From assembly GCA_963737155.1 (NCBI GenBank), contig CAVTRN010000002.1, positions 1,888,001-1,952,000 of the forward strand: a DNA stretch of 64,000 nt. The letters run 5' to 3'. The position numbers and the translations under genes are program-made. The stretch's first letter is position 1, and every line of letters begins with the position of its first letter. This document shows, in pieces, positions 1 to 11,190 of this stretch. The notes under the pieces were generated by a model that made no database searches, was not told the DNA's origin, and worked only from the letters and a program-made list of their open reading frames with translations. The stretch is from Nitrospirota bacterium. Its GTDB lineage: Bacteria; Nitrospirota; UBA9217.

Positions 1-734
1 CAGCGAATCGTGGCTTCTGACACTTCATCGATAGTAGCTTGTTTCGAAGATTGTTTGCCGGAGAGGACCATATTGGACTTGAGCAGCATGCCTTCGAGGT
101 CTACCCGGTATTTACGCAGTGTGGAAAATACTACGGCAAGGGTTGTCTCCGTCGCTTCCTCACAGCGGGAAATATCATGATCGCCATCCATTAAAACCTC
201 CGGTTCTACGATTGGCACCAAACCTTCTTCCTGGGACAGAGCGGCATAGAGTGCAAGAGCATGGGCATTGGCAAAGATATTACCGCGCGTAGGAGTGCCG
301 GAACTAATAGTTATTACCGCACGCCATTTGGTGAATTGCGCTCCCTTCATGCGGTATTCAACAAGTCGCTCTCTCAGACCGTCTAAACCCGTTGTGATCT
401 TTTCCCCGGGAAAACCCGGCATGGATACGGTCCCCTTATCCACTTTGATTCCCGGAATGATCCCTTTCTTACGCAGAACATCAACGAACGGTATACCATC
501 GCTCGTTTTCTGATGGATCGTCTCATCAAACAGGATAACGCCGCTGATAAACTTCTCGATGTCTAGTGTAGTCAACAGCATTTCACGATAAGATCGTCTC
601 GTTTCTTCTGTTGAATCGATACCAAGCGCCTTAAACCGCTTTTCGATCGTTGGAAAGCTTTCGTCGGCAGCAAGAATGCCTTTACCTTTAGCCACAAGAG
701 AATGGGCAGTGGCTCTTACCTCATTGTTGTTCAT
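1..734 (-). CDS. Fructose-bisphosphate aldolase class I (runs off the window edge)
   Basis: Manual translation from ATG at 734 (RBS AAAGGAG): MNNNEVRATAHSLVAKGKGILAADES...GVILFDET...GIKVDKG...KWRAV...VPIVEPEV...LLKSNMV, all class I aldolase motifs including the Schiff-base Lys. Not in the ORF track because there is no stop in the window. Confidence 0.93.
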   Translation of the reverse strand, partial: MNNNEVRATAHSLVAKGKGILAADESFPTIEKRFKALGIDSTEETRRSYREMLLTTLDIEKFISGVILFDETIHQKTSDGIPFVDVLRKKGIIPGIKVDKGTVSMPGFPGEKITTGLDGLRERLVEYRMKGAQFTKWRAVITISSGTPTRGNIFANAHALALYAALSQEEGLVPIVEPEVLMDGDHDISRCEEATETTLAVVFSTLRKYRVDLEGMLLKSNMVLSGKQSSKQATIDEVSEATIR

Positions 735-948
735 TTCAGCACTCTCCTTTTATATAATGACGAAAATAATAAGTATGAAACTCATCGATAATTCTTGAAT
801 TCCATGTAAGTAATTTTAGCAGCATTCACAGGGATGTTCAATACAACTTAATACGTAGGGAGATGAGGGAAAATAAGTTATAGTATAATGGTGATCGAAA
901 AAAAATACTAAAGGTGTATTTAAATTAGTGGATAGATTCGTCTTGCTT

Positions 949-3900
949 TTATGCAAGTGTAACTGCGCCGACGCCGAGTATGACTTCAATTTCGTTCGTA
1001 AGCTGATCGGAAGGGGTAACGCGAATTTCTCGGCCCACCGAAACGAGCGAGTCCTTGCGTGTCGGGTTCTGAAGCCGAAGAAAGACAGGGACACTGCCTT
1101 TATAGCGGAGTAAAATGTCCTTAACCTTGAGAAGATCGTCCTGGGTCAGCCCAGTGGCGCTCAGCTTGATGTCCATTCTTGCTGTGCTTTTTTTCTTTAC
1201 CTCGGCGAGGACATGGATGCGCAGAGCCTTGATCTTGTTTCCCTGTTCACTCTTGTCGAGTTGCCCCGTAATGAGCAAGGGCGTGTCGGTCAGGAGCAGG
1301 TGGGTCGAAGATGCATATAGATCGGGAAAGACAATGGTTTCCACGGTACCTGTTAAGTCCTCAAGATTCAGGATGGCCATCTTGTCTCCTTTTTTTGTTA
1401 CCTTCTGCTTTAGTCCTGCAATAATTCCGCAAATCGTCAATTCCTTACCATCGGGAATCGACTCCAGGGTCTCCGTAGTTGCGGTGCAGTACCGCTTCAT
1501 ATCTTCCTGAAAAGCTGCAAGGGGATGGCCCGAAATATAGAACCCCATGCTTTCCTTCTCATAGGCCAGAAGCTGGCTTTCCTTCCACTCTTGGATATCC
1601 GGCAGGTCAGGGTCTTTTTTGTCGTCCATCGAGTCGAAGATGCTGAATTGTCCCACTGTTTCCTGTTCCTGATGCTTGGCCGCGGTCTCCATCATCAAAT
1701 CGATGGCCTCCATCATCTGGGCGCGTCGCGCACCGGTGAAGTCAAAAGCTCCACATTTAATCAGAGCTTCAATCACACGCCGGTTCACCCTACGTTGATC
1801 CACCATTTTGCAAAAATGGGCAAGCGAGGTGAAAGCACCTTTCGTTTCTCGGGCCTCGATCATGGCCTCAATGGCCGATATTCCGATGTTCTTGACAGCG
1901 GCAAGACCGAAACGGATTGATCCGATAGAACTTCCGGGTTCAATGTTTTCACGGTCATGCGCTTCGACAACAGTGAAGTCCCAGCGGCTTTCGTTCACAT
2001 CGGGTGGCAAGATATTGATCCCCATCTGGCGCGCCTCATAAATATATTTCACCACTTTGTCCGTGTCCTGGAATTCGCTAGAAAGAAGCGCAGCCATATA
2101 TTCCACCGGGAAATGGGCCTTCAGGTAGGCGGTCTGGAAAGTAATGAGAGCGTAGGCCGCACTGTGGGACTTGTTAAACCCGTATTCCGCGAATTTAGCC
2201 ATCAAGTCGAAGATAGCCTCGGCCTTCTTGAGGTCGATGTCCTGCTTTTCCGCCCCCTTGAGGAACGGCACCTTTTCCTTTGCCATGACCTCGGGATCTT
2301 TTTTCCCCATGGCACGGCGGAGGAGGTCAGCTCCGCCGAGGGAATAGCCTGCGAGGGTACGGGCGATTTGCATCACCTGCTCCTGGTAGACGATCACTCC
2401 GTAGGTCTCCTTCAGAATTGGTTCGAGCTGGGGCAGTTCGTAGGTTATCCTGGTGGAGCCTTTTTTTCGTTTGATGAAATCATCTACCATGCCGCTGCCG
2501 AGTGGACCAGGCCGGTATAAGGCCACTAGAGCGATGAGATCTTCAAAAACGCTTGGCTTCATTTTTATGACGATATCGCGCATCCCCGATGATTCGAGCT
2601 GGAAGATACCCGCGGTCTCGCCACGGCCGAGAAGTTCAAAGGTCTTGGCGTCGTTCAGCGGCAGGCGTGTGACTGAGAAGGGGTCCGCGTGCTCAAGTGG
2701 TGCCTTCTGCATCCTCTGGTTAATCAAGTCCTCGGCCTTGCGGATGACAGTGAGGTTCCGGAGGCCGAGGAAATCGAACTTCACCAGGCCGATCTTTTCG
2801 ACGCCTTTCATATCAAACTGGGTTGTTACCTCATCTTTTGGCGTCTTGAAAAGCGGAAGGTACTCAGTGAGCGGCAGTTGGGAAATAACAACACCTGCGG
2901 CATGCTTCGACGCGTGGCGCACTTGGCCTTCGAGATGGAGGGCGATCTCCATGAGTTCGGCCATGCGCGTGTCTTTTTTGATTATTTCCTTGATTTTCGG
3001 TTCCTGCTCCAGCGCTTCTTTCAGGGTAATATTGAGCTTGTTCGGAACCAGCTTGGCAAGCTTGTCGCATTCCGAATAGGGGATATCGAGCACCCGGCCC
3101 ACATCGCGGATCACACCTTTTGCCATCATAGTGCCGTAGGTGATGATCTGGGTCACATGGTCCTGCCCGTATTTTTCCGTGACGTATTTGAGCACTTCAT
3201 CGCGCCGGTCTTGGCAAAAGTCCACGTCGATATCAGGCATGCTGATACGTTCGGGGTTCAGAAAACGCTCAAAGAGCAGGTTATAGGGAATGGGATCGAG
3301 GTCCGTGATGCGGAGAGAATAGGCTACCAGGCTGCCCGCTGCAGAGCCGCGTCCCGGTCCCACGGGAATGCCGTGCTCCCTTGCATAACGGATGAAGTCC
3401 GATACGATCAGGAAATAACCAGCGAACCCCATCTTGTCGATCATCTGTATTTCGAACTCGAGCCGTTCCTTATATTTCTCCCGGTCAATGCTGCTGGTTC
3501 CGCGAACGGCATCGATCTCCACGAACCGCTCCTCGAGACCTTTGCGAGCCATTTCGGCCATGAAAACTTCCCTAGTGTAGCCTTCGGGAACAGGAAAGTT
3601 GGGTAGATGATACTTGCCCAGCTCCAGTTCAAGGTTGCACCTTTCCGCGATTTTAACGGTGTTCGTGATCGCATCGGGGATGTAGGAAAAGGCCTTCTTC
3701 ATTTCCTCCGGCGTTTTCAGGTAGAAGGTCTCGGAAGAGAATCTGAGCCGGTTTGTGTCCTTTACGGTTTTACCAGTCTGTATGCAGAGGAGAGCATCAT
3801 GGGACTTGTGATCCTCCATGTCGAGGTAGTGGCAATCATTCGTGGCCACTACGGGAATGCCCGTGTCTTTCGTCAGTTTGACGAGCTCGCGGTTCACCCG

Positions 3901-4467
3901 TTCCTGCTCAGGAATGCCGTTGTCCTGAAGTTCAAGATAAAAGTTATCCTTGCCGAGAATCTGTTCGTATTCCATCGCGACACGTTTCGCATCCTCATAG
4001 CGATTCTGGAGGATTAGGGAGGGAATTTCTCCCCCCAGACAGGCCGAAAGGCCGATAAGGCCTTCACTGTGCTCTTTAAGAAAATCCTTGTCGATTCGGG
4101 GCTTGTAATAAAACCCATCAAGATAAGCGGAAGTCACGAGTTTGACAAGATTCTTGTAGCCTTGCTTGTTTCGCGCCAGAAGAATAAGGTGATAGGAAGC
4201 TTCGGCGTTTTGGCCAGAGGGAGCACTCTTATCGAATCTCGATCCGGGTGCCACATAGATTTCACAGCCTATAATAGGTTTGATTCCCGCTTTCGAGGCT
4301 TTCAAATAGAAATCGAGCGCGGAAAAGAGATTGCCGTGGTCGGTGACGGCAACCGCCGGCATTTTAAGGTTCATTGCCTTTTGGATGAGTTTGTCTAGAC
4401 TTATTGCGCCGTCCAGCAGGCTGTATTCGGTATGGAGATGAAGGTGGACGAAATCGGCATGATGCAT
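949..4467 (-). CDS. dnaE: DNA polymerase III alpha subunit
   Basis: PHP domain HLHLHTEYSLLDG, GPGRGSAAGSLV, SMPDIDVDF, KFDFLGL, YGFNKSH, C-terminal OB fold; 1172 aa, no intein. Confidence 0.99.
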   Translation of the reverse strand: MHHADFVHLHLHTEYSLLDGAISLDKLIQKAMNLKMPAVAVTDHGNLFSALDFYLKASKAGIKPIIGCEIYVAPGSRFDKSAPSGQNAEASYHLILLARNKQGYKNLVKLVTSAYLDGFYYKPRIDKDFLKEHSEGLIGLSACLGGEIPSLILQNRYEDAKRVAMEYEQILGKDNFYLELQDNGIPEQERVNRELVKLTKDTGIPVVATNDCHYLDMEDHKSHDALLCIQTGKTVKDTNRLRFSSETFYLKTPEEMKKAFSYIPDAITNTVKIAERCNLELELGKYHLPNFPVPEGYTREVFMAEMARKGLEERFVEIDAVRGTSSIDREKYKERLEFEIQMIDKMGFAGYFLIVSDFIRYAREHGIPVGPGRGSAAGSLVAYSLRITDLDPIPYNLLFERFLNPERISMPDIDVDFCQDRRDEVLKYVTEKYGQDHVTQIITYGTMMAKGVIRDVGRVLDIPYSECDKLAKLVPNKLNITLKEALEQEPKIKEIIKKDTRMAELMEIALHLEGQVRHASKHAAGVVISQLPLTEYLPLFKTPKDEVTTQFDMKGVEKIGLVKFDFLGLRNLTVIRKAEDLINQRMQKAPLEHADPFSVTRLPLNDAKTFELLGRGETAGIFQLESSGMRDIVIKMKPSVFEDLIALVALYRPGPLGSGMVDDFIKRKKGSTRITYELPQLEPILKETYGVIVYQEQVMQIARTLAGYSLGGADLLRRAMGKKDPEVMAKEKVPFLKGAEKQDIDLKKAEAIFDLMAKFAEYGFNKSHSAAYALITFQTAYLKAHFPVEYMAALLSSEFQDTDKVVKYIYEARQMGINILPPDVNESRWDFTVVEAHDRENIEPGSSIGSIRFGLAAVKNIGISAIEAMIEARETKGAFTSLAHFCKMVDQRRVNRRVIEALIKCGAFDFTGARRAQMMEAIDLMMETAAKHQEQETVGQFSIFDSMDDKKDPDLPDIQEWKESQLLAYEKESMGFYISGHPLAAFQEDMKRYCTATTETLESIPDGKELTICGIIAGLKQKVTKKGDKMAILNLEDLTGTVETIVFPDLYASSTHLLLTDTPLLITGQLDKSEQGNKIKALRIHVLAEVKKKSTARMDIKLSATGLTQDDLLKVKDILLRYKGSVPVFLRLQNPTRKDSLVSVGREIRVTPSDQLTNEIEVILGVGAVTLA

Positions 4468-4608
4468 AGATTAGGACCTATTAATAGTAATTCGGGAACC
4501 ACGGATGTTCATGGATCAGAAGAAGCGGATGCAAACACGGGAAACAGTGAATTCTTAATTATCTGTGATAGTGATCTCCGTGTACTTTGCGGCATCGTGA
4601 TAAAAAAA

Positions 4609-4684
4609 TGGAGGCGGCGATCGGATTTGAACCGATGAATGAAGGTTTTGCAGACCTCTGCCTTAGCCACTTGGCTACGCCGCC
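4609..4684 (-). tRNA. tRNA-Cys(GCA)
   Basis: GGCGGCGTAGCCAAGTGGCTAAGGCAGAGGTCT-GCA-AAACCTTCATTCATCGGTTCAAATCCGATCGCCGCCTCCA; cloverleaf with encoded CCA. Confidence 0.97.
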
Positions 4685-4808
4685 GGTCTTAAAGTTCGGA
4701 GCATGAGCTGGGAGTTGGGAGTTGAAGGATGTGGAATAGAAGTCTGGAGTTTCTGGCGACGACGTTAACTCCAAACTGCAAACTCAGCACTCTGAACTGA
4801 CTAAACAA

Positions 4809-4884
4809 TGGAGCGGGTGGCGGGATTCGAACCCGTGACCCCAACCTTGGCAAGGTTGTGCTCTACCAGCTGAGCTACACCCGC
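4809..4884 (-). tRNA. tRNA-Gly(GCC)
   Basis: GCGGGTGTAGCTCAGCTGGTAGAGCACAACCTT-GCC-AAGGTTGGGGTCACGGGTTCGAATCCCGCCACCCGCTCCA. Confidence 0.98.
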
Positions 4885-4916
4885 ATGTACTTTAATTTCG
4901 CCCTTCAAGACTTGCA

Positions 4917-4945
4917 AATATATCAAAGTGGTATACCCTTGTCAA
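4917..4945 (-). promoter_or_regulatory. Sigma-70 promoter for tRNA-Gly/tRNA-Cys (and possibly dnaE)
   Basis: Minus strand TTGACA-17 bp-TATATT, 32 nt upstream of tRNA-Gly. Confidence 0.7.
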
Positions 4946-4966
4946 CATAAAAGTATCTTGTTTTTA

Positions 4967-4995
4967 TTGACGCTTGAGCATAATTGTGGTACTTT
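4967..4995 (+). promoter_or_regulatory. Sigma-70 promoter for htpX
   Basis: TTGACG-17 bp-TACTTT with an extended TG, about 47 nt before the ATG. Confidence 0.55.
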
Positions 4996-5042
4996 AACAA
5001 TATTGGCATCATGCTGTATGCGCGGAGGGAAAGAAGAAATCT

Positions 5043-5900
5043 ATGAACACGGTAAAAACAGTTGGTTTAATGACATTTCTCATGGTATTGTTTGTTGCCA
5101 TTGGCGGAGCACTTGGCGGTAGAAGCGGCATGGTCCTGGCCATTCTGTTTGCCACGACAATGAACGTCGGTATGTATTGGTTCAGCGACAAGATTGTCTT
5201 GCGAATGTATGGAGCCAAGCCCGTAACTGAAACGGATGCTCCTGAGATTTACTCTATTGTACGGACTCTGATTCAGAAGGCGAGTTTGCCCATGCCTAAA
5301 ATCTACATTATTCCCGAGGAAACCCCCAACGCTTTTGCAACCGGCAGGAACCCCGAACATGCGGTCGTCGCTGTGACCCATGGCATTATGCGGATTCTGT
5401 CGCGCGAGGAGTTGAGCGGTGTAATTGCCCACGAACTGGCACATATCAAACATCGCGACATGCTCACCGGAACGATCGTCGCGACCATCGCGGGAGCGAT
5501 CAGCATGCTCGCGCAGATGGCGCAGTGGGCCATGATCTTCGGTGGAGGCAGCAGGCGGAGCAACGATGAAGGGGGCAGCCCGATCGTGGCATTGGTGATG
5601 ATGATTGTAGCGCCCATTGCTGCTATGCTTGTACAGATGGCAATTTCGAGAACGAGGGAGTATGATGCTGACAAGGGTGGCGCCACGATGTGCGGCAACC
5701 CCACTTGGCTGGCAAATGCGCTCCTGAAACTGGAGAAGGGTTCTCAGCTCATCCCCATGGAAAACGCAAAACCTGCCACGGCGCACATGTTTATTGTCAA
5801 CCCGCTTAGGGGCGGAGGCATGACAAAACTTTTCAGCACTCATCCGCCCATTGCCGAGCGTGTGAAACGGCTGAATGAAATGGCGCGGGGTAGCAGATAG
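5043..5900 (+). CDS. htpX: Zinc metalloprotease HtpX (M48)
   Basis: [15 protein letters not shown] zinc motif, [16 protein letters not shown]. Confidence 0.97.
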   Translation: MNTVKTVGLMTFLMVLFVAIGGALGGRSGMVLAILFATTMNVGMYWFSDKIVLRMYGAKPVTETDAPEIYSIVRTLIQKASLPMPKIYIIPEETPNAFATGRNPEHAVVAVTHGIMRILSREELSGVIAHELAHIKHRDMLTGTIVATIAGAISMLAQMAQWAMIFGGGSRRSNDEGGSPIVALVMMIVAPIAAMLVQMAISRTREYDADKGGATMCGNPTWLANALLKLEKGSQLIPMENAKPATAHMFIVNPLRGGGMTKLFSTHPPIAERVKRLNEMARGSR

Positions 5901-5942
5901 CGTAAAACACTGATAGAATAGCTCATAATGATATTAATAAGC

Positions 5943-5973
5943 AAGGCTTAGGAGTTATTTCCTAAGCCTTTTT
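5943..5973 (+). terminator. Intrinsic terminator between convergent htpX and fdnI
   Basis: AAGGCTTAGGA-gttatt-TCCTAAGCCTT hairpin followed by a T run. Confidence 0.75.
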
Positions 5974-6085
5974 GTTATTTACATAATCGGCTGCTCGAAT
6001 AAAATCACAAAGGACTCTCAAAATATAAAGAACTTCTGCCTTTTCATACGAATGCAAGAGTTTTTATATTAACCGTGAACGATGC

Positions 6086-6694
6086 TTACATCTTCCCGAT
6101 TTTCTTCATCCATTTAGGATACTTCTTCCTGGCGAACTCCAAGGGCACTGTGCCATAGATCATGATCCGGAGCGTGCCTGGGTTCGCCAGCGATCCAAGA
6201 TAAGCATGAACTGGAACAGCCATCACGAAGATCACGAAAGCCAGATTGTGTACTAGGTGCGACGCAAGCGTGAGAGAGCGATTGGTATGCACCAGCCACA
6301 TGGAGAGACCAGATGCGGATATCACGATGCCTGCCAGCAGGATCATTAGGTAGTAGAATTTCTGTCCCGTATTAAATTTCCCCATAGGAGGGACAGTTAT
6401 ATGTTTTTTGGAGAGATATCCTCCGCCCTTCTTGATCCAAGCCCAGTCATCTGCATCGTATGTCAGCGCTTCATGGATATAAGTGAACAGGGTGGCAAAG
6501 AGGGAAACAGTGAATACCAGGCCGGCCCAATTATGAACGATTTTCATCGTCATGTTGCTTCCGAAAAGGGCATAGATCCATTCAATTTTGAAAACAAACC
6601 CATAGCCCGTGAAGATCAGGAGGACGCAGCTTCCCGCTAGAATCCAGTGATTGATGATTTCTTCAACCGATGCCTTTCTCACCATTTCACTCAT
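6086..6694 (-). CDS. fdnI: Formate dehydrogenase cytochrome b (gamma) subunit
   Basis: Four hydrophobic segments with His ligands (INHW, VHNW, SHLVHN, VHAY), GKFNTGQK motif; overlaps the fdnH stop. Confidence 0.9.
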   Translation of the reverse strand: MSEMVRKASVEEIINHWILAGSCVLLIFTGYGFVFKIEWIYALFGSNMTMKIVHNWAGLVFTVSLFATLFTYIHEALTYDADDWAWIKKGGGYLSKKHITVPPMGKFNTGQKFYYLMILLAGIVISASGLSMWLVHTNRSLTLASHLVHNLAFVIFVMAVPVHAYLGSLANPGTLRIMIYGTVPLEFARKKYPKWMKKIGKM

Positions 6695-7470
6695 GATTTT
6701 TTCACCTCCTCGTCAACGTCCTTGTGCGGTCCAATGGTGACATAGTGCAGCAGGGCGCCGACAATTACGCCGCCGAGTCCAATCATGGCCAGCGGCTTCA
6801 GCACCGCATTCCAGAAAATGATACTCTCGGGGATCGCGGGGTTCTCATTCATTCCGTAGATTTTTGGACTGTCCTTGAAGGCGTAGAGAGTCCCAAGTCC
6901 GTTCAGGTCCGCTTCGCCGTATACTTTGGCATATCCCGCTGCTTTGGCCGAGTCGATCAATGCCCCGCGTTCTCCGAACCTGACCGCGCCGGTGGGACAG
7001 GTTTTAGCGCAGGCGGGGGACAGGCCGTCTGCGATACGGTCAAAGCAGAGATGGCATTTCGATATTTTCCCCTGCGCATCGTACCTCGGAACATCGAAGG
7101 GGCATGCGACCACGCACAATTTGCAACCGATGCATTTGTCCTTGTCATAGGCCACCGCGCCTTCCTTCGTGCGGTAGATCGCGCCGGGAGCGGGGCAAAT
7201 TTTCATGCAGCCCGCATCCCCGCAGTGCATGCATCTCCGGCTTACAAAGAGCCACCGGACGGGATTAGCATCAGAAGGTATCTCACTATAACGGATGATA
7301 TTAAGCGCCGTGGGCGTTAAGTCCGGAGGATTCTGCATGGAGCCGGAATTCTTCGTCCTCTGTCCGGGCAGCTGGTTCCAGTTTTTGCACGATGTCTGAC
7401 AGCCCCGGCACCCGATACAGAGCTCCGGCGATATGAGCAATGCTTTTCTGTTATCCGTGTTCATCGACAT
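6691..7470 (-). CDS. fdnH: Formate dehydrogenase Fe-S (beta) subunit
   Basis: CIGCRGCQTSC, CMHCGDAGCMKICP, CIGCKLCVVACP, KCHLC..CAKTCP; C-terminal TM anchor. Confidence 0.93.
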   Translation of the reverse strand: MSMNTDNRKALLISPELCIGCRGCQTSCKNWNQLPGQRTKNSGSMQNPPDLTPTALNIIRYSEIPSDANPVRWLFVSRRCMHCGDAGCMKICPAPGAIYRTKEGAVAYDKDKCIGCKLCVVACPFDVPRYDAQGKISKCHLCFDRIADGLSPACAKTCPTGAVRFGERGALIDSAKAAGYAKVYGEADLNGLGTLYAFKDSPKIYGMNENPAIPESIIFWNAVLKPLAMIGLGGVIVGALLHYVTIGPHKDVDEEVKKS

Positions 7471-7480
7471 GATTTTCCTC

Positions 7481-10400
7481 CTATGCCTTAACTACATTGA
7501 CCATGAAGGCTTTGGATTCCGGTATCATGGTATTGGGGTCCCCTATAGTCGGAGTTAGTAGGTTTGCGCTGTCTCCGCCACTACCATCTACGGGATATTG
7601 CCAACCGAAGTGCCAGGGAAGACCGACCTGGTGTACGGTGGTTCCGCCGATTTTGAATGGTTTGAACCGGCTCGTAACGACTGCAATGGCCCACAGTTCA
7701 CCGCGTCCGGATTTGACGATGACTTTTTCGCCGTTGTTTATCCCCTTTGCACTGGCCAGTTCCTCACTCAGTTCTACAAACATCTGGGGCTGCATTTCGA
7801 GCTGCCAGGGTTCATGCCTTGTTATGACGCCGGTCTGCCAGTGTTCCGACACGCGGTAGGTGGTCGCCACAAAGGGGTATTGCACGTTGCAGGAGAAGTA
7901 GACGTCTTCCTTTCCTCCGAAGAGCTTTATTATCGGGTTTACTCGCTGCTTTGACATTATGTTTTCTTCAAGGGGGCACTCAAGCGCTTCGTAGTGCTCA
8001 GGGAAGGGGCCGTCGTCCAGTCCCGACCCGAATATGGCTCCTACGCCAGTTGCGATCATGATAAAGGGGTACTTGCCTTTTTCCGTGTCCATTGGCGGCG
8101 CAGGGCCATCAGGCACATCGCCCACCCAGGTGCCAAGCTTCTTCGATACTGGATCTTCCTTAACCGGATCCCATTTGATGACCGCGCGCTTCGAGTCCCA
8201 TGGTTTACCATGGGGATCCACTGATGCGCGGTTGTAGATGATGCGTCTGTTCACTGGCCAGGCCCAGGCCCATTCCGGGTACATGCCAAGACCGGTTGGG
8301 TCGTTCTTGCCGCGCCGCGCCATCATGTTAATGATTTTGCCTTCCTTTTGCGTGAAGCTCTGGGAATATATCCAATTGCCGCAGGATGTTGTGCCATCGG
8401 CCTGCAAGTGAACAAAGGATGCACAGAGGTCTCCTTTTTTGCCGAGGAGCTTCGGTGGCGTTGCACTCTTGTCGTATACGTCTTCCAAGTAATAGCCATT
8501 GATCTCTTTGGCGACGTTGTGGATATTGATTTCCTTGACTTTGCCGTCCGGACCTTTTTCACCGTAGTTCCAGGTAAGGTTCAGGATGGGCGCTGGGAAT
8601 TTGCCGCCCCGTTTCTGGTACAGTTTCTTTACCCGGTAGTAGAGTTCATTCATAATGGCCGAGTCCGGCTTGGATTGTCCGATTGGTTCGATGGCTTTGT
8701 ACCGCCATTGCGCCCATCGGCCGGAGTTCGATATGCTGCCTACTTTTTCAACGGAGGAAACAGCGGGAAGGAGGAACACCTCGGTCTGGATGTCTTTGGG
8801 ATTCATGCCCGGACCTTTCCAGAACGATCCGGTTTCGTTGTCGAAGAGGTTGACATTCACCATCCATTTGAGCTTGGTGAGCGCGAGCCTTGTCTTATTC
8901 GAATTCGCTCCGGAGCATGCGGGATTCTGCCCCCAAGCGAAGAAGCCTTCGAATTTTCCTTTCAGCATCTGGTCGAAAAGCATGAGCCACGAAGCATTCA
9001 AACCTTCGTCAAGCTTTGGAAGCCAGGCGTACCCAAAGTCGTTCTCTTTCTGTGCCGCGTTGCCGTAAATCGCTTTGAGGTAACTGGTGATGTATTTACC
9101 GCGATTCGACCACCAGTTCACGCTCTTCGGGTCCTTGGTCTTGGGGGTGTATTTTTCAATATACGTTTTCAGATCAACGAGCGGGCCTGCCGGCGTCGGG
9201 AGATAGCCGGTAAGCGTGTTGAACAGGAGGCCGTGATCCGTCGAGCCCTGGACATTGCTTTCCCCTCGCAAGGCGTTGATGCCGCCGCCAGCCATGCCCA
9301 TATTCCCAAGCAGCAGCTGAATGATCGACATGGCCCGGATGTTCTGCGTTCCAACCGTATGTTGCGTCCATCCCATCGCATACAGCTCGGTCCCAACACG
9401 GTTCGGCTTGCCGGTAGAAGCATAGAGCTTGTATACTTCTAGGAGTTTTTCCTTGGGTGTGCCGGTGATGCTTGAAACCTTGTCGAGCGTATAACGTGAG
9501 TAATGCTTCTTCAGGAGCTGGAATACACAATGGGGGTCCTGGAGCATGGGATCCTTCTTGGGAATGCCATTCTCGTCCATCTGGAAGGACCAGGTCTTTT
9601 TATCGTACTTCCGCGTTTTATCTTCATAGCCCGAGAACAGTCCGCTCAGGTCGCCGGGGTCCTTAAAATCGGCGTTGATAAGAAAAGGTGCATTGGTATA
9701 CTTGACGACGTATTCCTTGAAATAGAGGTTATTGTGAAGAATGTACTTGATCATGCCACCGAGAAAGGCGATGTCTGTGCCGGAGCGCATCGGTACATAG
9801 AGATCCGCCTTTGTCGCGGTTTGCGTGAAACGGGGATCGACGACGATCAGCTTTCCACCCTGTTCCTGCGCCTTCATGATCCATTTCATGGAAATAGGGT
9901 GGTTTGAAGCAGGGTTGCTGCCCATTACAAGTATGACATCTGCATTGCGAATATCGATCCAATGATTCGTCATTGCACCGCGCCCGAACGACTCTCCCAG
10001 AGCCGCTACAGTTGCGGAGTGTCAAATGCGCGCCTGGTGTTCTATATATACGAGGCCCCAAGACCTCAGCATCTTCTGAAGCATATAGCATTCTTCATTG
10101 TCCAGGGCCGCGCTCCCCACGTGGGCGATGGCATCGGTCCTATTTACGACAAAATCCTTCATAACCTCTTTTTCTATGCCATCAGCTGTTTTTTCCTTTA
10201 CTTTCGATTTCGAGGTCATTTTAAAATTTCGGTCGCGGGTATCCTTAACTCTTTTTGCTATTTCGTCAAGCGCCCAGTCCCATTCCACCTCTTTCCATTC
10301 CGTTGCGCCCGCGGCCCGGTATTTCGGCTTAATGAGCCGCTGCGGATTATTAATGACCTCGAACAACGATGCGCCTTTTGAGCAGAGCCTTCCCTCATTA

Positions 10401-10627
10401 ATCGGATGATCAGGGTCACCCTCGGTATTCACGACTTGTCCTGCCTTGGTGTGGACGATAAGTCCGCACCCGACAGAGCAGTAGGGACATATTGTGCGTG
10501 TCACCACGGCGCCTTCGATCCTGAGCTCCTGCGCAACGGCCTCTGCCGGATCAAGTCTTACACCAAGTGAGCCAACCAGAACGGAACTACCGGAGAGCTT
10601 CATGAATTCGCGTCTCGATACTCCCAT
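7481..10627 (-). CDS. fdnG: Formate dehydrogenase alpha subunit, selenocysteine-containing (about 1048 aa)
   Basis: ORFs 10022..10627 and 7481..9973 are in frame and joined by TGA at 10022-10024: ...EHQARI-U-HSATVAALGESFGRGAMTNHW. Tat signal SRREFMK; CPYCSVGC Fe-S motif. Confidence 0.95.
9976..10021 (-). promoter_or_regulatory. Bacterial SECIS element
   Basis: Directly 3' of the UGA: apical stem AGCGGCUCU-GGG-AGAGUCGUU starting 15 nt downstream, with a G-rich loop, plus a lower stem CACUCCGC/GCGCGGUG. Confidence 0.8.
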
Positions 10628-11190
10628 ATGCCCTTCCTCCTTAGATACCGATTTTTACTTATTTTTTTGAGGTCAATGTAAGGAATATAATGCTGGAACG
10701 ATCATTGACCATTACTGAGCCGCTGGTCAACTTGAGTTGAGGCAGGGTACTTTGAATTTATTGAGATCAGAGACAATCGTAAGATTATCTAATGAATGCA
10801 TTTGATTTACTATAGCAAAAAAACATGAAATTGTCGAGTTCGGGTTATATTTGGCACAGCCCGCTCAATCGCCTTGCCTTGAGAAAAACCAGGCCCTCAA
10901 TGAAACCTATAAACCGTGGCAAAACATCTCTGCCGCATCTGCGAACAGAATTATCAGCGATTCTCAGCAGCATTAGCGCACGATGCCGAAATCCTCGGCT
11001 TTCAAGAAACGGGAGAGTCGTCAATATTTTAAAAAAAAGAAAGACCTTTGATTTTTTGACAATCAGGCTGGCATCTGCTATTCTTTGTAATATCAATGAA
11101 ATCTGCTGACTTAATTCCATTTTCTTTCCCGTCAAAAAACGTTATAATGAGCCAAGCATAAAACCCTTGTTATGAAAGGAGGTTTCCCAC

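Noticed and set aside
268-4398. Plus-strand ORFs overlapping the aldolase and dnaE genes
   Set aside because: Antisense to well-supported genes with no recognisable motifs.
7481-9973. fdnG as two genes or a pseudogene
   Set aside because: In-frame UGA at the Sec position with a SECIS-like hairpin.
10703-10730. FNR-type site upstream of fdnG (TTGACCA-N12-TGGTCAA)
   Set aside because: Inverted repeat is real, but the spacing does not fit TTGAT-N4-ATCAA and I cannot assign a regulator.
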